This document shows, in pieces, positions 37,742 to 47,516 of a stretch of 64,000 nucleotides of DNA. Where the stretch lies: assembly GCA_964488915.1 (NCBI GenBank), contig CAZAWU010000001.1, positions 2,749 through 66,748 on the forward strand, given 5' to 3'. The stretch's first letter is position 1. Each line of letters opens with the position of its first letter. Source of the DNA: an uncultured Burkholderiales bacterium (GTDB taxonomy: Bacteria > Pseudomonadota > Gammaproteobacteria > Burkholderiales > JALYOK01). A model generated the notes under the pieces. The model made no database searches, was not told the origin of the DNA, and worked only from the letters and a program-made list of their open reading frames with translations. Made by a program: the position numbers and the translations under genes.

Positions 37742-38668
37742 TTAAGCCTGATTATCTTTGCGTGACGCGCGCTTGGCCTGCGCCGTTGCGCTCGACCCTG
37801 CCGTCCACCACAGCTGCAGTAGACCGATTGCGATCAACAGCATGCCTATCGCCTCGAAACGGTTTGGGCGTTCGCCAAACTGCAGCCATGCGAATATGAC
37901 CGCGAGTGCCGGGATAGCGAGCGTGTTCAGCGTAGCAACATTCGCGGGCAGCCGATTGATGATGTAGGTCCAAAGCAACCAGGCGAGTGCGGTGCCCAAC
38001 ACACCGAGAAAAACCACCGCCGCCCAGAACTGCGGAGTCCATTCGACGGCACGTTCCGGCACAATCCACGCAAGCAACACCAACAGCGGCGCGCCCAGCA
38101 ACATTTGCCAGGCGATCAAGGCGATGGCGTCCATGCGCTGCAATTCGCCACGAAAGCGCTTCAACACGATGGTGCCGATGGCCCAACTCAGCCCCGAGCA
38201 CGTCGCAAGACCGGCACTCGCAAGCTTATCGCCCAGCTCCCACGGTTGCGCCACAAAAACGAGGCCGGCAAACGCCGTGCCCACAGCCAGCCATTGCAGG
38301 CCGCGCACGCGCTCGCCCAAGAATGGCCACGACAGCAGCACCACCCAAAACGGCATGGTGAAGTTGAGCACCGAAACGCGTCCAACGCCGCCAAGCGACA
38401 GCGCCCACAAGGTCAGCAGGATGAACAGCGTGGACTGAAACAGAGCCAGTAGCGCCACCGGTAGCGGCGCGCGCAAACGCGCGTCACGGCGCGTCACGAT
38501 CACCACCGCGAACAAGCACGCGGCAGCCACGCAGGTGCGCAGCGCGGCGAAAAAGAACGGCCCAGAATAATGCAACGCGTACTTCATCGCGATCCAGGCG
38601 TAGCCCCAAATTAAGCACAGCAGAATGAGCGCCGAAAGCGCGCGGCGGTCGGCGGCTGGCTCGGTCAC
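37742..38668 (-). CDS. DMT-superfamily (EamA) transporter
   Basis: 308 aa, about 10 hydrophobic segments, two EamA-like halves. Confidence 0.85.
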   Translation of the reverse strand: MTEPAADRRALSALILLCLIWGYAWIAMKYALHYSGPFFFAALRTCVAAACLFAVVIVTRRDARLRAPLPVALLALFQSTLFILLTLWALSLGGVGRVSVLNFTMPFWVVLLSWPFLGERVRGLQWLAVGTAFAGLVFVAQPWELGDKLASAGLATCSGLSWAIGTIVLKRFRGELQRMDAIALIAWQMLLGAPLLVLLAWIVPERAVEWTPQFWAAVVFLGVLGTALAWLLWTYIINRLPANVATLNTLAIPALAVIFAWLQFGERPNRFEAIGMLLIAIGLLQLWWTAGSSATAQAKRASRKDNQA

Positions 38669-38677
38669 GAGCGGAGG

Positions 38678-39565
38678 TTATTTTGCGGCACGCCAGGCGT
38701 ACGGATTGGGCTCACCGGGCGGGCGCGTACGGAAGCGTTTGTGAATCCAGAAGTACTGTTCCGGCATCTCCAGCGCGCGCTCTTCGATAAAGGCATTCAT
38801 GCGGCGCGTATCAGCAGCGACGTCCTCGCTGGGAAAATTTTCCCAAGCAGGATAAAACCGCACCACATACCCGCGCGCCGCAGGCAACTGTTCGGTGACG
38901 CACGGCACCACCACGGCAGCGGTCATCTTGGCGAAACGCGATAGCACCGGCACGGTGGCGGCCGGCACATTAAAAAACGGCACGAAGATCGACTCTTCGG
39001 CGCCAAAATCGCCGTCCGGCAGCAAGTACAGCGGCGTGCCCTGCTTCAGCGCGCGCAACGCGGGGCGCAAGCTATCCTGACGCGCGAAGACTTCTGTCAA
39101 TCCGAAGCGTGTGCGCGCGTGCTTGAGCAAACGATCGAGAAACGCATTCTTCTGGCGGCTGTATACCGCGGCGCCGCGATGCTCGGTGGAAAGACGCACG
39201 CCGCCGAAATCGAGCCCGACAAAGTGCGGCGTGAAGCAGATCAACGGCTGCTTGCGCTGCGCATAAGGCAGCGCGTGTTCGAGCCCCTCGACGCGCACCA
39301 GCTTTTGGATCCGCTCTTTCGAGCCCCACCAGAGGATACCGAGAGCAAGCGCACTCTGCCCGAGCGCGCGAAAATGCCGCCGCGCGATGCGTCGGCGCTC
39401 GGTTTCGCTCAAGTGCGGAAAGCATAGCCGCAAATTGATGCGCGTGGTGCGGCCCTGCCCCGCAATGTAGAGCAGCATCCCGAGCGTCTGCCCCAGCACC
39501 GCGACGACCGGAAACGGCAGCAGGTGCAGCAGCCAAAGCAGGAATATGCCGATGCGCGTGAGCAT
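38678..39565 (-). CDS. Lipid A biosynthesis late acyltransferase (LpxL/HtrB family)
   Basis: 295 aa. N-terminal TM, RINLRLCFP, TPHFVGLD, and overall LpxL-like length and order. Confidence 0.8.
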   Translation of the reverse strand: MLTRIGIFLLWLLHLLPFPVVAVLGQTLGMLLYIAGQGRTTRINLRLCFPHLSETERRRIARRHFRALGQSALALGILWWGSKERIQKLVRVEGLEHALPYAQRKQPLICFTPHFVGLDFGGVRLSTEHRGAAVYSRQKNAFLDRLLKHARTRFGLTEVFARQDSLRPALRALKQGTPLYLLPDGDFGAEESIFVPFFNVPAATVPVLSRFAKMTAAVVVPCVTEQLPAARGYVVRFYPAWENFPSEDVAADTRRMNAFIEERALEMPEQYFWIHKRFRTRPPGEPNPYAWRAAK

Positions 39566-39683
39566 CTGGTGGAATAGGTAGGAAGACGCCGCGCCGCAGG
39601 CGGGCGGAGCAAAAGCACGAGTTTACCGAATCGGCGCCCGCTGAGGCCCGCGAAGTGCGCCGGGTCTGGTTTACACTGGCACG

Positions 39684-40130
39684 GTGAACGCCACAAACAT
39701 CGCGGTCGAAGCCGTCAGCTGGGACAGCGCACAGGTCGAACTGCGCGCGATTCGCACCGAAGTCTTCGTGCACGAGCAGCAGGTCGCGCAGGCGCAGGAA
39801 TGGGACGGTTTGGACGAGCACGCGCTGCATGTGCTGGCGCGCGCCGGCGTTGAAGCCGTCGGCACCGGGCGCTTGCTGCTGGAAGCCGGCAACATCGCCC
39901 GCATCGGCCGCATGGCCGTGCGCAAAGCGTGGCGCGGCCAAGGTATCGGCGCGGCGCTACTGCGCAAGCTGATCGCGCTTGCGCGTGAGCGCGGCTGCGA
40001 AGAAGCGTACCTGCACGCGCAAACGCATGCGCTCGCCTTCTACGCGCGCCACGGGTTCGTGGCCCAAGGCGATGAGTTTTGGGAAGCAGACATTCTCCAC
40101 CGCAGCATGCGCTCGCAACTGCGCCGCTAG
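39684..40130 (+). CDS. GNAT-family N-acetyltransferase
   Basis: 148 aa. RMAVRKAWRGQGIGAALLRKLI (acetyl-CoA binding Q/RxxGxG/A), FYARHGF. Confidence 0.85.
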   Translation: MNATNIAVEAVSWDSAQVELRAIRTEVFVHEQQVAQAQEWDGLDEHALHVLARAGVEAVGTGRLLLEAGNIARIGRMAVRKAWRGQGIGAALLRKLIALARERGCEEAYLHAQTHALAFYARHGFVAQGDEFWEADILHRSMRSQLRR

Positions 40131-40146
40131 CGCTTTGATCTAATAC

Positions 40147-41166
40147 TCACTCCAGAGTATAAGGAAGAGTGAGAATAGACAGGATTGAACCGATCGTACT
40201 ACCTAGATGTATGGGCTGCGCCAAGGTTTCGACCTGGAGCACGGCGAGCGCATCGTTGCCACCCTCGGGTGCCGGCGCCGCATTGACGATCATGCCGCAG
40301 CTTTGCTCACCGAATGCCGCGCCGAATAGTTCATCGCCCGGCGCAGCTCTATCCACGTGCACCAGATACATGCGGCGCTTGAGTTTGCCCAAGTAGTGCG
40401 TGCGCGCCACGATCTCTTGACCCGGATAGCAGCCCTTGCCGTAGGTCAGCGCGCCGAAGCGGTCGAAATTTGCCATCTGCGGCACGAACTGCTCTTGCGT
40501 GGGCTGCGTGATCCAAGGAATGCCGGCGCGGATGTCGAGCCAACGCCAAGCCGGCGTGCCCACCGGGCGCGCGTGCTGAGCGAGCGCATCCCAACATGAC
40601 GGCGCCTTCTCGACCGGCAGCACGATCTCGTAGCGCAGAGCGTCCAACTTGATGAGCGTCGCTGCACCGTGCGAGGTGACACCGAGCGCTTGATCGGCAG
40701 GCGCGCCGAGCGCCGCGCGCACGATCTCGCCGGCTTGCGGCCCAGCCAACCCCAAACGCACGAAAGTGTCGCTGGCATCGGCCAGCTTCACTTTCGAGCG
40801 CAAGATGTACATGCTTAAGCGCTTCTGCATCACTTCGCGCAGTTGCGCATCGAGCTGCAACAAGAATCCTTCGCCGCGCGGCCAAAGCAGGAAATTGGCG
40901 AGCAAGCGGCCCTTCGGCGAACAGTAGCCCGCGTAAGCGGCTTGCGCGGCGCTCAACTTGCTCACATCGCTGGTGAGTTGATTGTTGAGAAACTCACGCG
41001 CATCCGCCCCGCTCGCTTCCAGCAAGGCGAAGTGCGACAGATCCGCTACGATCGTAGCGGCCTGCGCAGCGCGCAATTCGTCTTCCTGTGCGCCGAAATG
41101 CGTGACTACGCCCGCCTCGATGCGCGCTGCACGTGCCGTGAGATGCTCTTGCCAGGAAATGTGCAC
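40147..41166 (-). CDS. ygfZ: Folate-binding Fe-S cluster repair / tRNA-modifying protein YgfZ
   Basis: 339 aa. Hallmark KGCYPGQEIVARTHYLGKLKRRMY near the C-terminal third. Confidence 0.85.
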   Translation of the reverse strand: MHISWQEHLTARAARIEAGVVTHFGAQEDELRAAQAATIVADLSHFALLEASGADAREFLNNQLTSDVSKLSAAQAAYAGYCSPKGRLLANFLLWPRGEGFLLQLDAQLREVMQKRLSMYILRSKVKLADASDTFVRLGLAGPQAGEIVRAALGAPADQALGVTSHGAATLIKLDALRYEIVLPVEKAPSCWDALAQHARPVGTPAWRWLDIRAGIPWITQPTQEQFVPQMANFDRFGALTYGKGCYPGQEIVARTHYLGKLKRRMYLVHVDRAAPGDELFGAAFGEQSCGMIVNAAPAPEGGNDALAVLQVETLAQPIHLGSTIGSILSILTLPYTLE

Positions 41167-41219
41167 CGATATAATCGAGCGATTGGAATTCGCATTACCT
41201 TACGGGTTCCCCGGCGACT

Positions 41220-41720
41220 ATGCAATACGCTGCCGCGCCGCTGCTGCGGCTCGAATGGCAAGGCTCAAGGCGCTTGGCGTTGCTGCTTGGACTCGCACAC
41301 GCCCTTAGCGCGGCGGCGCTGCTCGCCGTGCCGCTGCCTGGCTGGAGCAAGCTGCTGGCGCTCATCGGTTTATCCGTTAGCGCTTTCTTTCATGTACACC
41401 GCGCGCTCAGTCCCGCTGCTGGCGCTCCTCTGTTCAGGTACTGGAGCGCGCGCCGCATCACCGCGCTGGAACTGAAAAACGGTGCTGCCCACGCCGCGCG
41501 CACGCTCGGTGGGCAGTGGCACGAAGTCAAGTTGCGCGCCGAATTGGCGACACCGATGCTCGCCATCGTCCGCGTGCGGCTCGACGGCCGGCGCTGGCCG
41601 GCATTCGTCGTGCTCATGCCGGACATGCTGCCTTCCGAAGACTTTCGGCGCTTGCTGGTTCGGCTGCGCTGGGACGATCTCGAGGCGAACCACGCACGCG
41701 CGAAGAAGACTGCTGCATAG
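41220..41720 (+). CDS. YgfX/CptA-like inner-membrane protein (DUF1434-like)
   Basis: 166 aa. LRLEWQGSRRLALLLGLAHALSAAALL, a second TM, and C-terminal VVLMPDMLPSEDFRRLLVRLRW parallel E. coli YgfX (..LRVSWRAQWLSLL.. / ..LAADSMDEAEWRDLRRILL). Sits next to ygfZ, as in E. coli. Confidence 0.55.
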   Translation: MQYAAAPLLRLEWQGSRRLALLLGLAHALSAAALLAVPLPGWSKLLALIGLSVSAFFHVHRALSPAAGAPLFRYWSARRITALELKNGAAHAARTLGGQWHEVKLRAELATPMLAIVRVRLDGRRWPAFVVLMPDMLPSEDFRRLLVRLRWDDLEANHARAKKTAA

Positions 41721-41749
41721 GGCTTCGCGTATAATGCGCGCTCCCGCCC

Positions 41750-44700
41750 ATGCCATCGATTCTTCTCCTTCAGGGCCAGCCCGCCCTGTCCGAGTTTCGC
41801 ATCCAAAAGCTGTTGAACACGCTGCGCGAAGCAGCGCCTGAGGTCCGCGGCCTCAGCGCGGAGTTTTGCTATTTCGCGCAGACGCAGCGTGCGCTCGAAG
41901 CGCGCGAAACAGCGTTGCTATGCACACTGCTCAGCGCGCGGGAGGACTCCAGTACGAACGATGGCGCGTTCTTATTAGTGGTGCCGCGTCTCGGCACGAT
42001 ATCACCGTGGTCCTCCAAAGCCACGGACATCGTGCGCCAAAGCGGTCTGGAAGCGGTGTTACGCGTCGAGCGCGGCGTACACTATCGCGTTGATGCGGCC
42101 CCGAAGGTTCTGACGCATCCGCAAATCGCCGCTGCGCTGCATGACCGCATGACGCAGTCAGTGGTCGACAACTGGCAAGAAGCGCAACGTCTGTTCGAAC
42201 AATTGCCACCGAAACCGCTGTCGACGGTTGCTTTGCTGGCTCGAGGACGCAGCGCGCTGGTCGAAGCAAACCAAACGCTCGGGCTGGCGCTGTCCGAAGA
42301 CGAAATCGACTACCTGCGCGACTACTTCACCGGCATCGGGCGCGATCCAACCGACGTGGAAATCACGATGTTCGCGCAAGCGAATTCCGAGCACTGCCGG
42401 CACAAAATTTTCAACGCACAATGGGTGGTGGACGGCGAGCAGCAACGGCAATCGCTGTTCCAGATGATCCGCCATACGCACCAAGCCAGCCCGCAGCGCA
42501 CCGTGATCGCCTACGCCGACAATGCCGCGGTGATGCAAGGCGCCGAGATCGAGCGCTTTTATCCGGATGCGAACGGCGCGTATCACTTCCAGCCGGCGCT
42601 GACGCATACGCTCATGAAGGTTGAGACGCATAACCATCCGACCGCGATCGCACCCGACCCCGGCGCCGCCACCGGTGCGGGCGGCGAGATCCGCGACGAA
42701 GGCGCGACCGGTCGCGGCGCGAAGCCGAAAGCCGGATTGGCCGGCTTTTCGGTGTCTAACCTCCGAATCCCGCAGTTGCCCCAGCCGTGGGAGCAGCACG
42801 ACTATGGCCGCCCGCGCCACATCGTTTCCGCGCTGCAGATCATGCTCGACGGGCCCATTGGCGCGGCAGCGTTTAACAACGAATTCGGCCGGCCCAATCT
42901 TGCAGGCTATTTCCGCACTTACGAGCAGGCCAACGGCGGGGTCATGCGCGGCTATCACAAGCCGATCATGCTCGCCGGTGGCATCGGCAATATCGACGCG
43001 CGCCACACTGCCAAACATGCGCTCGGGGCCGGCGCGCTTTTCATACAACTCGGCGGGCCGGGCATGCTGATTGGTATGGGCGGCGGCGCCGCGTCGAGCA
43101 TGGCCACAGGCGCCAATTTGGCCGATTTGGATTTCGATTCGGTGCAGCGCGCCAACGCCGAGATGCAACGGCGCGCGCAAGAGGTGATCGACCGTTGCTG
43201 GCAGTTGGGCGAGGCCAATCCGATTCTCTCGATTCACGATGTCGGCGCAGGTGGCCTATCGAACGCGCTGCCGGAGCTGGCGCACGGTGGCGAGGTCGGC
43301 GCCACTTTCGATTTGCGCGCGGTGCCGAGCGAAGAACCGGGTATGGCGCCGAAAGAGATCTGGTGCAACGAGTCGCAAGAGCGTTACGTGCTGGCGATTG
43401 CGCCCGAGAGTTTGGCGCGCTTTCGCGCGCTGTGCGAGCGTGAACGCTGTCCGTTCGCAGTTGTCGGCGTTGCACAAACCGAGCAGAGCCTGCGTGTTGA
43501 GGACCAGCACTTCGCCAATGTGCCGGTCGACATGGACTTGAACGTTTTGCTCGGCAAACCGCCGCGCATGACCCGAAGTTTCTCGCGCACGCGCACGCGC
43601 CCGGCGCCACTCGAACTTGCGGGTATCGACCTCAAAGAGGCGCTGTACCGCGTGCTGCGTCTGCCGAGCGTGGCAAGCAAGAGCTTTCTCGTTACCATCG
43701 GCGACCGCACCGTGGGCGGATTGACTGCGCGCGAGCAGATGGTCGGACCTTGGCAAGTGCCGGTGGCGGACGTGGCGGTCACTGCGCTCGGCTACCGCAC
43801 GAGTGTGGGCGAAGCGTTTGCGCTTGGCGAACGCACACCGCTCGCCTTGATCGACGCGCCCGCCTCGGGGCGCATGGCCGTGGGCGAAGCGATCACCAAC
43901 CTCGCCGCGGCCGATGTCGAGGACTTGAGCCACATCAAACTCTCTGCCAATTGGATGGCGGCGGCCGGTTCACCGGGGGAAGATCAAGCGCTGTTCGACA
44001 CGGTGCGCGCGGTTGCGCTGGAGCTGTGCCCGAACTTGGGCATCAGCATTCCGGTCGGCAAGGATTCGATGTCGATGCGCACTACTTGGCAGGACGGTGC
44101 GCAGAAGAAAGAAGTGGTTGCGCCGCTGTCATTGATCGCCTCTGCGTTCGCGCCGGTAGCTGACGTACGCCGCACGCTGACACCGCAATTGCGCACCGAC
44201 TGCGGCCCGACTGCGTTGGTGCTGGTCGATCTCGGCGAGGGCCGCAACCGTTTGGGCGGCTCGGCGCTCGCGCAGGTCTACGGCGAACTCGGCGATACAG
44301 CGCCGGACTTGGACGATGCGGCGAAGTTAAAGGGATTCTTCGAAGTGACTCGCACGCTGCGTCGCGCAGGCGAAATTCTCGCTTATCACGACCGCTCGGA
44401 CGGTGGCTTGGCCGCGACGGTGTGCGAGATGATGTTCGCCGCAAGGTGCGGGGTTTTGGTTGATACAGTCGATAGTGTGTCCCGATCAATCAATTTAGAG
44501 TTTATTTTCAGTGAAGAACTTGGTGCAGTACTCCAAATCAGGCAAGAGCGAACTGCATATGTCGTTGCAGAATACGCGCGGGCGGGCGTGCGCGCCGGTG
44601 TGATCGGCCACGTCACCAATGATGACTGCCTGACGCTCAAACACGCGGGCCGAACCCTGTTGCACGAAACGCGCACGGACTTGCAGCGCGCGTGGGCAGA

Positions 44701-45628
44701 GACTTCGTATCACATGCAAAAGCTGCGCGATAACCCCGCGTGTGCCCAGCAGGAATTCGATGCGCTGCTGCAAGCCGGCGACCCCGGCTTGAGCGTGGCG
44801 CTCACGTTTGGCTGGCCGCCACAGGCCGCAGCACCGGCTGCTGGCGGTGCACGAGCACGCGTGGCGGTGCTACGCGAACAGGGCGTCAACGGGCATGTCG
44901 AGATGGCGGCAGCGTTCGTCGCAGCAGGCTTCGAGGCCGTCGACGTCCACATGAGCGACATCATCGCCGGGCGCGTCGGTCTGGCAGGCTTTCAAGGGCT
45001 GGTCGCGTGCGGCGGTTTTTCTTACGGCGACGTGCTCGGTGCCGGCACCGGCTGGGCGAGCTCCATCCTCTATCACGCGCGCGCGCGCGACGAGTTCGAA
45101 CGGTTCTTCCGGCGCGAGAACACCCTCTCGCTCGGTGTATGCAACGGTTGCCAAATGATGAGCCAGTTGCGTGATCTGATTCCTGGCGCCGACTTTTGGC
45201 CGCACTTCGTACGCAACGAGTCGGAGCAGTTCGAGGCGCGCTTCGTCATGGTCGAGGTACTCGATACGCCCTCGGTATTTCTGCGCGGCATGGCCGGCTC
45301 GCGCTTGCCGGTAGTGGTTTCGCACGGTGAGGGACGCGCACAGTTCCGCGACGACGTGCGACGGCAGCAGGCGCGCGGCTACGCCAGCCTGCGCTTCGTC
45401 GATCACCAGGGTGCAACGGCGCAGCGCTACCCGTTCAACCCGAACGGCTCACCCGACGGCCTGACCGCCCTCACCAGCCGCGATGGACGTTGCACCATCA
45501 TGATGCCGCACCCGGAGCGGTGTTTGCGCACCTTGAATCTGTCGTGGCGCCCCCCCGAGAGCAGCTCCTGGGGCGAATACAGCCCTTGGCTGCAGATATT
45601 CCTCAACGCGCGCCACTGGCTCGCTTAG
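41750..45628 (+). CDS. purL: Phosphoribosylformylglycinamidine synthase (single-chain large form)
   Basis: 1292 aa. [27 protein letters not shown], and a C-terminal glutaminase with GVCNGCQMM. Confidence 0.97.
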   Translation: MPSILLLQGQPALSEFRIQKLLNTLREAAPEVRGLSAEFCYFAQTQRALEARETALLCTLLSAREDSSTNDGAFLLVVPRLGTISPWSSKATDIVRQSGLEAVLRVERGVHYRVDAAPKVLTHPQIAAALHDRMTQSVVDNWQEAQRLFEQLPPKPLSTVALLARGRSALVEANQTLGLALSEDEIDYLRDYFTGIGRDPTDVEITMFAQANSEHCRHKIFNAQWVVDGEQQRQSLFQMIRHTHQASPQRTVIAYADNAAVMQGAEIERFYPDANGAYHFQPALTHTLMKVETHNHPTAIAPDPGAATGAGGEIRDEGATGRGAKPKAGLAGFSVSNLRIPQLPQPWEQHDYGRPRHIVSALQIMLDGPIGAAAFNNEFGRPNLAGYFRTYEQANGGVMRGYHKPIMLAGGIGNIDARHTAKHALGAGALFIQLGGPGMLIGMGGGAASSMATGANLADLDFDSVQRANAEMQRRAQEVIDRCWQLGEANPILSIHDVGAGGLSNALPELAHGGEVGATFDLRAVPSEEPGMAPKEIWCNESQERYVLAIAPESLARFRALCERERCPFAVVGVAQTEQSLRVEDQHFANVPVDMDLNVLLGKPPRMTRSFSRTRTRPAPLELAGIDLKEALYRVLRLPSVASKSFLVTIGDRTVGGLTAREQMVGPWQVPVADVAVTALGYRTSVGEAFALGERTPLALIDAPASGRMAVGEAITNLAAADVEDLSHIKLSANWMAAAGSPGEDQALFDTVRAVALELCPNLGISIPVGKDSMSMRTTWQDGAQKKEVVAPLSLIASAFAPVADVRRTLTPQLRTDCGPTALVLVDLGEGRNRLGGSALAQVYGELGDTAPDLDDAAKLKGFFEVTRTLRRAGEILAYHDRSDGGLAATVCEMMFAARCGVLVDTVDSVSRSINLEFIFSEELGAVLQIRQERTAYVVAEYARAGVRAGVIGHVTNDDCLTLKHAGRTLLHETRTDLQRAWAETSYHMQKLRDNPACAQQEFDALLQAGDPGLSVALTFGWPPQAAAPAAGGARARVAVLREQGVNGHVEMAAAFVAAGFEAVDVHMSDIIAGRVGLAGFQGLVACGGFSYGDVLGAGTGWASSILYHARARDEFERFFRRENTLSLGVCNGCQMMSQLRDLIPGADFWPHFVRNESEQFEARFVMVEVLDTPSVFLRGMAGSRLPVVVSHGEGRAQFRDDVRRQQARGYASLRFVDHQGATAQRYPFNPNGSPDGLTALTSRDGRCTIMMPHPERCLRTLNLSWRPPESSSWGEYSPWLQIFLNARHWLA

Positions 45629-46006
45629 GCGAATCTCCAACCCTGCGAGTGCAGGCCCAGGGCTTGCTTAGGACCTGGGCACTAGCGTCTGAGGAGTCGT
45701 TTCGCAAGCTCGCTTTGCACGCCAGGGCACTTGTTGCCCCGTGGCGTCATCTTGCGCGCGGCTACTCGACAGAAAATGCGTGAATGTGAAGCAGCCTAAT
45801 CTTTGTTTCAATTGAGCTATTGTCGCTTCTGGTAAAGAAGCGGAGGTATGAAGGTCGATGGTTTCAGCAAGGCAAGCGAGGCGGGAGCGCCAGGATGGCC
45901 GCGTCAGCTGCGCGAGCAGCCAAGGTCTTCACGTTGCCATATGGCCTAGTCTAGACGAGGACATGACTCAGCCAGCGCTCGAGCTTCTTCGCATGCGGCG
46001 CCCGCT

Positions 46007-47512
46007 TTGGAACCTGCCATGAGCGCGGCTCTTGCCACGAGAAATCAGCAACGCGACAACGCTGTACGCGACGCAGCTGAAAAACCGCCGCAAAGCGCAA
46101 GTTCCTCCGCGCCCGCGATGGAATCGAACGCGCCGGCGCCTCAACCAAGCGCACCACTAATCCTGCAACTGATTGCAACCGCGCTGGACCACGAGAAGTT
46201 CGCTAACGCAGCCGCGGCTCTATCCAGCGAACTCACGACGCAACTTCGCTGTGAGCGCGTGAGTATCGGCATCGTCAACGAAGGGTACATGGAGGTCGCC
46301 GCGCTTTCTCATGCCGGCACACTCGCTCAAGACGAGGCTTTGCTGCGCGATCTCAGCTCGGCGATGGACGAGGCGGCGACGCAAGGCGCGCTGATCCAGT
46401 ACCCACCAGACTCGGCCAATAAGCCGCGGATCACGCTGCAACACGCCGAGCTTGCGAAGCGGCAACAAGTTGCCGCCATCGTAACTACCCCGCTGGTCTC
46501 CGAAACACGTTGTTTCGGTGCGATCTGTTACGAGTTCGCTGAGCAGCATCAGGTGGACTTGGCCACGCTTAGACTGGTCGAGGACATCGCGGCCTTTCTC
46601 GCTCCACCGCTCGCATTGAAGCATGCCTACGAACGCGCCAGCGTCGATCGAGCGTTGGGCAAAGCGCGCCGCATAGCAGGAAAGCTGCTCGGCGAGGGTC
46701 ATGTGGGATTCAAGCTCGGTGCCGCAGCAACCGCTTTGCTAGTGGCTGGCCTTGCTTTCGTGCCGGCTCCGTTCTACGTGAGCGCCGAGGCGCGTGTCGA
46801 AGGTGCCGTTCAGCGTGCGTTGGTCGCTCCCACGGACGGCTACTTGAAGGAAGCGCACGTGCGCCCATCCGACCAAGTCAAAGCCGGCCAGTTGCTGGCG
46901 GAGCTGGCCGACGAAGATCTGAAGTTGGGCCGGCGCAAGTGGGAAAGCGAGTACGCGCAGGCTGAAAGCGCGTACGGCGAAGCGCTGGCTAAACAAGACC
47001 GCGCCCAAGTGGTCATGCAGCAAGCGCGCATGGAAGAAGCGCGGGCGCAACTCGAACTCACTCAGCAAGACATCGCGCGCTCGCAAATCGTGGCGCCGTT
47101 CGATGGTGTCATCATCAAGGGCGATTTGACGCAAGCCCTCGGTGCGCCGGTCAAACGCGGCGACCCGTTGCTCACGATCGCACCGAGTGACGTCTATCGC
47201 GTGATCATGGAAGTGGACGAACGCGATATCGCCTACTTGCAAACGGGCCTCCACGGAGCGCTGGCACTGAGTGCGCTGCCAGGCAAGCCAATGGAAATCG
47301 AAATCGTGCGTGTCACACCAGTCGCACGCAGCGACCAAGGGCGCCACTACTTCGAAGTGGAAGCTACGTTGATCAAAGAGCCCGCTGCGCACATGCGTCC
47401 CGGATTGCGCGGCGTTGCCAAAGTATCGGTGGGCGAGCGCTCCGTGCTATCGAATTGGACGCGCCGCACCGTGAACTCGATCCGACTATTGCTCTGGTCT
47501 TGGTTCGGCTGA
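46007..47512 (+). CDS. GAF-domain / single-TM / HlyD-type membrane-fusion protein
   Basis: 501 aa. GAF-like region (LRCERVSIGIVNEGYMEVAALSH...AIVTTPLVSETRCFGAICYEF), TM FKLGAAATALLVAGLAFVPAPFYV, MFP body with lipoyl-like halves and a coiled coil. Start is TTG 46007 or ATG 46019. Confidence 0.8.
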   Translation: MEPAMSAALATRNQQRDNAVRDAAEKPPQSASSSAPAMESNAPAPQPSAPLILQLIATALDHEKFANAAAALSSELTTQLRCERVSIGIVNEGYMEVAALSHAGTLAQDEALLRDLSSAMDEAATQGALIQYPPDSANKPRITLQHAELAKRQQVAAIVTTPLVSETRCFGAICYEFAEQHQVDLATLRLVEDIAAFLAPPLALKHAYERASVDRALGKARRIAGKLLGEGHVGFKLGAAATALLVAGLAFVPAPFYVSAEARVEGAVQRALVAPTDGYLKEAHVRPSDQVKAGQLLAELADEDLKLGRRKWESEYAQAESAYGEALAKQDRAQVVMQQARMEEARAQLELTQQDIARSQIVAPFDGVIIKGDLTQALGAPVKRGDPLLTIAPSDVYRVIMEVDERDIAYLQTGLHGALALSALPGKPMEIEIVRVTPVARSDQGRHYFEVEATLIKEPAAHMRPGLRGVAKVSVGERSVLSNWTRRTVNSIRLLLWSWFG

Positions 47513-47516
47513 TTCC

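Noticed and set aside
42158-43933. Several 190-360-aa minus-strand ORFs inside purL
   Set aside because: They are antisense to purL, whose identity is certain.
45654-45680. Hairpin gcccagg-N12-cctgggc after purL as a rho-independent terminator
   Set aside because: The loop is long (12 nt) and no U-tract follows. Not enough to call.
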